Source: an uncultured Acidimicrobiaceae bacterium
GTDB taxonomy: Bacteria > Actinomycetota > Acidimicrobiia > Acidimicrobiales > Bog-793
Reading direction: 5' to 3'
Assembly (NCBI GenBank): GCA_963849105.1
Contig: CAWKGD010000003.1
Location: 513,428 to 577,427 of the forward strand
Length of the DNA: 64,000 nucleotides
Below the pieces are notes generated by a model. That model did not search any database and was not told the DNA's origin. It saw only the letters and a program-made list of their open reading frames with translations. Position numbers and translations under genes: made by a program. Numbering within the stretch: position 1 is the stretch's first letter; each line of letters opens with the position of its first letter. Shown here in pieces: positions 59,698 to 64,000 of this stretch.

Positions 59698-60178
59698 CTA
59701 TTTTCTCGGCTCGAGGATCGTCTGGAGCTGGGTCACCCAGGTGTCACGCGGACCGTCACAGTCGATATAGAGCTCCCGTTCGAATGGCGTCGCGATCTCT
59801 CCGGCCATGTCGACCCATTCGTGTAGAGCTCGGAACGCGTCCTTGAATTGATCTGGTGAGCCACGGACAACTGTGGTCGCGGGCACGTTCGACGGCATCG
59901 ACTTCGACGGTCGACAAGCCGTCCTCTTCGATCGAGACTCCGCTTGGGACGTTGAGCGCGGTCGTAAGACGAACAGGTGGATCTTCAAGGCCCGTGTCCT
60001 CGTACAGCGCGTGGGACAAACCATCGAATTGGACCCCGTGCCGCGCCAAAGCAGCGTGCAGCTTTGGGTACATTCGGCCTGCTGCTTCGCCGATCTCCTC
60101 GTACCCGCTGAGATCCTCTGTCAATGCGACGATCCGCAGTGGCTCGAGCCGTTTGACGACCACGGCTTCGTCCCCCAT
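59698..60178 (-). pseudogene. GyrI-like small-molecule-binding domain protein, interrupted by a 1-nt frame shift near 59887
   Basis: The N-terminal 97 codons (ORF 59756..60178) and C-terminal 62 codons (ORF 59698..60024: VPATTVVRGSPDQFKDAFRALHEWV...RELYIDCDGPRDTWVTQLQ) are both GyrI-like but sit in adjacent frames. The span is 481 nt, i.e. 3n+1. Confidence 0.6.
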
Positions 60179-60219
60179 CTATAACCCGAAGGTCGGAGGT
60201 TCAAATCCTCCCCCCGCCA
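60179..60219 (+). other. Orphan tRNA 3' half (elongator tRNA-Met/CAU-type-like): anticodon-loop remnant, variable loop, T arm and acceptor 3' strand
   Basis: The segment reads CTATAACCC-GAAGGTC-GGAGG-TTCAAAT-CCTCC-CCCCGCC-A. There is no complementary GGCGGGG 5' acceptor strand or D arm upstream. Confidence 0.55.
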
Positions 60220-60266
60220 CGAAATAGGAGCAGGTCTCTCGCAAGTGAGTCACGAAGTGTCTCTTC

Positions 60267-61199
60267 TTATCGGCGCTGGAGCCTCACTTCGAACGCGTCG
60301 CGAAGCGCGTCCCCGATGAAACTGACCGCGACGACGGTGCAGACGATCAAGGCAGCCACTGGATATATCTGCCACCAGTACCCGTCATACAGGTAATTGA
60401 TTCCATTCGCGAGCATCCCCCCCCACGTGGGTGCTGGAGGAGGTAGTCCGAACCCGAAGAAGTCGAGGGTGGCGAGGATGAGTATGGCGTTGGTGATCTG
60501 GAAGGTTGCGCTCACCACAATGGTGCCGATGACATTGTGAAAAATGTGGCGTCGCATGATCCCTGAGCCGTGTCCACCCATGAGCTGAGCTGCCTGTACG
60601 TACTCGCGGGTGCGCAGAGCGAGTGTCTCTCCGCGGATGAGTCGCGCGGGGATCAGCCACGAGAGACCTGACAGCACCACGATGAGTAACAGCAGCGTCG
60701 GGCGGTACACCGTGGCGAGGTAGATGAAGACGAATAACGGCGGAATCGAAATGAAGACGTCGAGCAGACGCGACATCGCTGCGTCGAGCCTGCCGCCGGT
60801 GAATCCCGAGATCGCCCCCCAGAGCATGCCGAGCAACGTTGAGCACACTGCGACCCCGAACGAGATCTCGAGCGTCGTGCGACCGCCCGCCATCAACCGC
60901 CCGAGGACGTCGAAGCCGTTGTTGTCCGTGCCCAAAGGATGCGACGTCGATGGCGCCAAGTTGATGAAAATGCTCGAGCGGTACTGGTTGGTCGGGTAAA
61001 CGAGCGGACCGATAAAGCAGAATCCCACCTCTAGGAGGATGAACAGCAACCCGACGCGAGCGAGCTTGTGTTCGAGGAAGGTTGCGCCGATCAGCCGCCA
61101 CGCGCTGCCAGGACGACCTTCGCTAACCCAATCCCCGACTTCCACGGCGGTGTGTGCCGGCCGAAAGAGCGCGGCACTCGACGGTGGAGTTGCGTTCAC
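60267..61199 (-). CDS. ABC transporter permease (DppC/OppC-like)
   Basis: N-terminal HPLGTDNNGFDVLGRL and a six-TM profile. Confidence 0.85.
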   Translation of the reverse strand: MNATPPSSAALFRPAHTAVEVGDWVSEGRPGSAWRLIGATFLEHKLARVGLLFILLEVGFCFIGPLVYPTNQYRSSIFINLAPSTSHPLGTDNNGFDVLGRLMAGGRTTLEISFGVAVCSTLLGMLWGAISGFTGGRLDAAMSRLLDVFISIPPLFVFIYLATVYRPTLLLLIVVLSGLSWLIPARLIRGETLALRTREYVQAAQLMGGHGSGIMRRHIFHNVIGTIVVSATFQITNAILILATLDFFGFGLPPPAPTWGGMLANGINYLYDGYWWQIYPVAALIVCTVVAVSFIGDALRDAFEVRLQRR

Positions 61200-61245
61200 T
61201 TCGTCGAACGCGCGGACGCGGCGCAGCGGCAGTGGTCGCTTGCGG

Positions 61246-62199
61246 TCACGTGTAGCGCACCTGTGGGTCGAGCACGGCGTATGCGATGTCGGCGGCCAAG
61301 TTTCCGAGGACCGTGGCCACGCTTACGAGAATGGTGATGCCAAGTTCCACGGGATAGTCGGCGTTCACGGCCGCGTTGTAGAACAGCAACCCGATCCCAG
61401 GGAAATTGAAGACGTACTCGACTACGAAGCCGAGCGTGAGGACGGCCGGCACCGAAAGGCCGACCAGAGTTACGACCGAGAGGAGCGAGTTCCGAAGCAC
61501 GTGGCGCCACAGGATGCGTCGTTTCGAGGCGCCTTTGGCCCGAGCGGTTCGGACGTAGTCCTGCGCAAGATTCTCTACCGCAGCAGATCTCATGTACTGG
61601 CTGAAGAGTGCGTACGTGCCGAGCGCGAGCGTGGCGATCGGGAGGACTAACCCGGATGGCTGTGACAGCACCTCGGTGATCGTCGTGCCTTGCGGCGCTT
61701 CTGCGGGTAAGAGCCCGAGGTTCACCGAGAACACGGCGATCAGAAGCAGGCCGAGAAGGAAGTACGGCATCGAATAAAGCACGAACGACACAGTCGTTCC
61801 GACGTAATCGATGAGACCGTTGCGGTGGGCGGCCTGAACCAATCCAACGGGAATGGCGATGAGCAACGCGATGACGAGCGCCGAACCGACCAGTAGCAGG
61901 TCCCTCGGCAGGTCGTGGGCGATCAGGGCGTCCACGGAGTCGTTCAACTTGTACGAGTAGCCGAGGTTTCCGTGCAACATCTGCCAGAAGTAGTGGCCGT
62001 ACTGCACGGGAAGCGGCGAATTGAGCCCGTACTCCCTGATGAATGCGCGCACCTGGGTAGGGCCGGCTCGCAACCCGATCACCGCGCGGGCGAGAGCCGG
62101 CCCGGTGGCGACCAGGTTCTGCAGGATGAAGGCAACGATCGTTACCCCGACGACGACGAAGACCGCGTGGATTAGTCGCCGGACGATGTAGCCGACCAC
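61246..62199 (-). CDS. ABC transporter permease (DppB/OppB-like)
   Basis: MVGYIVRRLIHAVFVVVGVTIVAFIL is the canonical DppB-type N-terminus. Confidence 0.85.
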   Translation of the reverse strand: MVGYIVRRLIHAVFVVVGVTIVAFILQNLVATGPALARAVIGLRAGPTQVRAFIREYGLNSPLPVQYGHYFWQMLHGNLGYSYKLNDSVDALIAHDLPRDLLLVGSALVIALLIAIPVGLVQAAHRNGLIDYVGTTVSFVLYSMPYFLLGLLLIAVFSVNLGLLPAEAPQGTTITEVLSQPSGLVLPIATLALGTYALFSQYMRSAAVENLAQDYVRTARAKGASKRRILWRHVLRNSLLSVVTLVGLSVPAVLTLGFVVEYVFNFPGIGLLFYNAAVNADYPVELGITILVSVATVLGNLAADIAYAVLDPQVRYT

Positions 62200-62233
62200 C
62201 GCTGCTTCTTACATCACTTCGGTTGTTGGGACA

Positions 62234-63664
62234 TTACGCGAAGACCGATGGTTGTCGCGCCGACCAGGGGCGCGCTTGCTCGAGGACGCTCGCCAGTTGC
62301 AGCAGCAATTTGTCCTCACCCCACCGTCCGACGAACTGCGTACCGATCGGCAGACCAGCCTCGGTCATGAGCGGCAGGCTGATCGCCGGCTGCCCAGTGC
62401 AATTGAACAGCGACGTCCCTGACTCGAGGTTTCCGAGGTCGCTGGCGAAGTACCAGTCGACGCCGACTTGTCGGTACGGATCGTAGGAGCCGAGCGTCGG
62501 TGGGAGAGCCGGCATTGTAGAGAGCAAGAAGATGTCGCAGTCCTGCAACTGCTCGTCAACTACCCGAGTGGTCTTCCGATAGGTCTCGAGTGCCTCGATG
62601 ACTCGTTTCGCATCGAGGCGGCGCCCGTGTTCGTACAGCGCGAGCGTGTAACCCTCGAGGGTCTCGGTGTTAGGTGCGCGGCCCATAGCCCGAGCGGATG
62701 CGTCGACCTCCGTCGCCGCCATCGCAGCCCAGATGTCGATCGTCGATGCGATGTACCGCTCGACATCAAAGGTCAGTGGACGCTCGAACACCTCGTGTCC
62801 GAGTTCCGCACAGAGATTCGCGGCTTCGAGCGTTGCGCACGCGACCTCCGGGTCGATGTGCCGTCCCCACAAATTGCCGGTGGTGAAACCGATGCGCAGT
62901 TTCCGTGGCGTCGCTCCGAAGTCGTCCGTGCCCCGGAGGTCGCCGGTCGGCGCACGAAAGGGTGCACCCGGCCCCGCACCTTCCACCGCTGCGAGCAATG
63001 CGACCGCGTCTCTTACCGACCGAGTGAGGGCGAATTCGGTCGTGATGTCGCCGAGGAACACGCGCGTCGGCTCTGACCAAATTCGTCCTCTGCTCGGCTT
63101 CAAGCCCACCAACCCGCAGCAGGACGCCGGTATGCGGATGGACCCGCCCCCGTCGTTGCCGTGTGCGAGGGGCACCATACCGGCGGCCACCGCGGCGGCC
63201 GAACCGCCGCTTGATCCACCTGTGCTCTTCGTGACATCCCACGGATTCCGCGTCGCGCCGTACAGCGCGGTCTCGACGGTCACGACCTCGCCAAACTCGG
63301 ACGTCGCGCTGCGGCCGATCTGAATTAGGCCGGCCGCTAGGAAGCGGCGCGCCAACTCTCCAGTGCGCGGACTCGTCCAACCTGCGAGCAGCCGGCTACC
63401 CGCTTCCACCCGCCGGCCGGCGACAGCCCAGCCGAGATCCTTCGCGACGAAGGGGACGCCGGCAAACGGCGCGGCGCTGGCTTCGTCGTCGGAGATGACG
63501 CTTACAGCGTCCTCGTAGACCTCGATGACCGCGTTCAGCTCCGGATTGATTCGTTCGATCGCCCGGACGGCAGTTTCCGCGAGCTCGCTCGGTTTCACCT
63601 CTTTCTGCCGCACGAGCTCGGACAGCCCGGTCGCGTCGTAGCGCGCGAACTCACGAACCTCCAC
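62234..63664 (-). CDS. Amidase (amidase-signature family)
   Basis: GGSSGGSAAAVAAGMVPLAHGNDGGGSIRIPASCCGLVGLKPSRGR is the amidase-signature sequence. Confidence 0.9.
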   Translation of the reverse strand: MEVREFARYDATGLSELVRQKEVKPSELAETAVRAIERINPELNAVIEVYEDAVSVISDDEASAAPFAGVPFVAKDLGWAVAGRRVEAGSRLLAGWTSPRTGELARRFLAAGLIQIGRSATSEFGEVVTVETALYGATRNPWDVTKSTGGSSGGSAAAVAAGMVPLAHGNDGGGSIRIPASCCGLVGLKPSRGRIWSEPTRVFLGDITTEFALTRSVRDAVALLAAVEGAGPGAPFRAPTGDLRGTDDFGATPRKLRIGFTTGNLWGRHIDPEVACATLEAANLCAELGHEVFERPLTFDVERYIASTIDIWAAMAATEVDASARAMGRAPNTETLEGYTLALYEHGRRLDAKRVIEALETYRKTTRVVDEQLQDCDIFLLSTMPALPPTLGSYDPYRQVGVDWYFASDLGNLESGTSLFNCTGQPAISLPLMTEAGLPIGTQFVGRWGEDKLLLQLASVLEQARPWSARQPSVFA

Positions 63665-63712
63665 GCCTCACCCTTTCTGCTGGAACGATCGGAGTCGGCC
63701 TCGCCGGCGCGA

Positions 63713-64000
63713 TCAGCCCGAAACTGTCCAGAGTTGCGGGTACAGGTTCGTCTCCAATCCTTGTGGCAGCGGAACGCGCACGTTCTTTTTGATGACGGAG
63801 ATCTGGTACGGGCCGTTCGGAACCCACAGCGTCGGCAGCTGGGCCGCGGCGTAGTTGTCGGCGGCGTGCAGCGGCGCGAGACCCGGCAGCTCGTGCGCTG
63901 CGTGGGTGAGGGCGTCCATCGTCGGATCGCTGTACTGGCCCCCGTTGAACCCGGAGCCGGTGTTGTAGTTCTCCGCACCGTCTGGGTAGTAGTAGGGGTA
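63713..64000 (-). CDS. 3' end of a family-5 ABC substrate-binding protein (5' end outside the window)
   Basis: The frame is open to the window edge. The C-terminal sequence and its position upstream of the amidase and DppBC-like genes support the call. Confidence 0.55.
   Translation of the reverse strand, partial: YPYYYPDGAENYNTGSGFNGGQYSDPTMDALTHAAHELPGLAPLHAADNYAAAQLPTLWVPNGPYQISVIKKNVRVPLPQGLETNLYPQLWTVSG

Noticed and set aside
60145-60219. A complete tRNA ending at 60219
   Set aside because: No 5' acceptor strand complementary to CCCCGCC, no D arm, and no proper anticodon stem. The upstream sequence is the GyrI-like coding region. Only a 3' half is present.

Overview
High-G+C, actinobacterial-type chromosome segment with dense coding and many GTGA/ATGA start-stop overlaps. 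All calls come from reading the sequence and ORF translations by eye; no searches were run.

Layout:
- **1-16.9 kb, catabolic block.** Partial GcvT-fold enzyme, etfBA, a choline-dehydrogenase-like GMC oxidoreductase, an aldehyde dehydrogenase, an MFS transporter, a PotABCD-type ABC importer, glpD and a TIGR03767-type metallophosphoesterase.
- **17.0-26.6 kb, corrinoid methyl-transfer module.** Non-pyrrolysine MttB-family methyltransferase, corrinoid protein, methyl-THF:corrinoid methyltransferase, RACo-type reductive activator, DUF1638 and an IclR regulator, plus metF, fhs and a cyclohydrolase.
- **26.7-42.2 kb, housekeeping block.** uvrA, nadA, uvrC, rapZ, yvcK, gap, pgk, tpiA, secG. whiA is missing from its usual slot.
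- **42.3-51.3 kb, integration hotspot at tRNA-Leu(GAG).** It holds a large serine recombinase (LSR) whose ORF ends inside the tRNA, a Rep_trans-like gene, an HTH gene, a low-G+C membrane protein, a CPA2 antiporter, a GGDEF-PAS-HD-GYP protein and a truncated second recombinase. Three copies of an att-like core are present.
- **51.4-59.5 kb, ion transport.** Two paralogous TrkA/RCK gene pairs: one faces an APC permease fused to an OB-fold domain, the other is translationally coupled to a P-type ATPase.
- **60.2-64.0 kb.** An orphan tRNA 3' half, then a Dpp-like permease/amidase operon.

Main points of interest:
- The recombinase gene appears to be split by its own attachment site.
- An ACANCCCC-bulge hairpin upstream of nadA resembles the class-I NAD+ riboswitch.
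- Three genes (nadA, a VOC gene, a GyrI-like gene) carry frame disruptions. These are either true pseudogenes or assembly indels.
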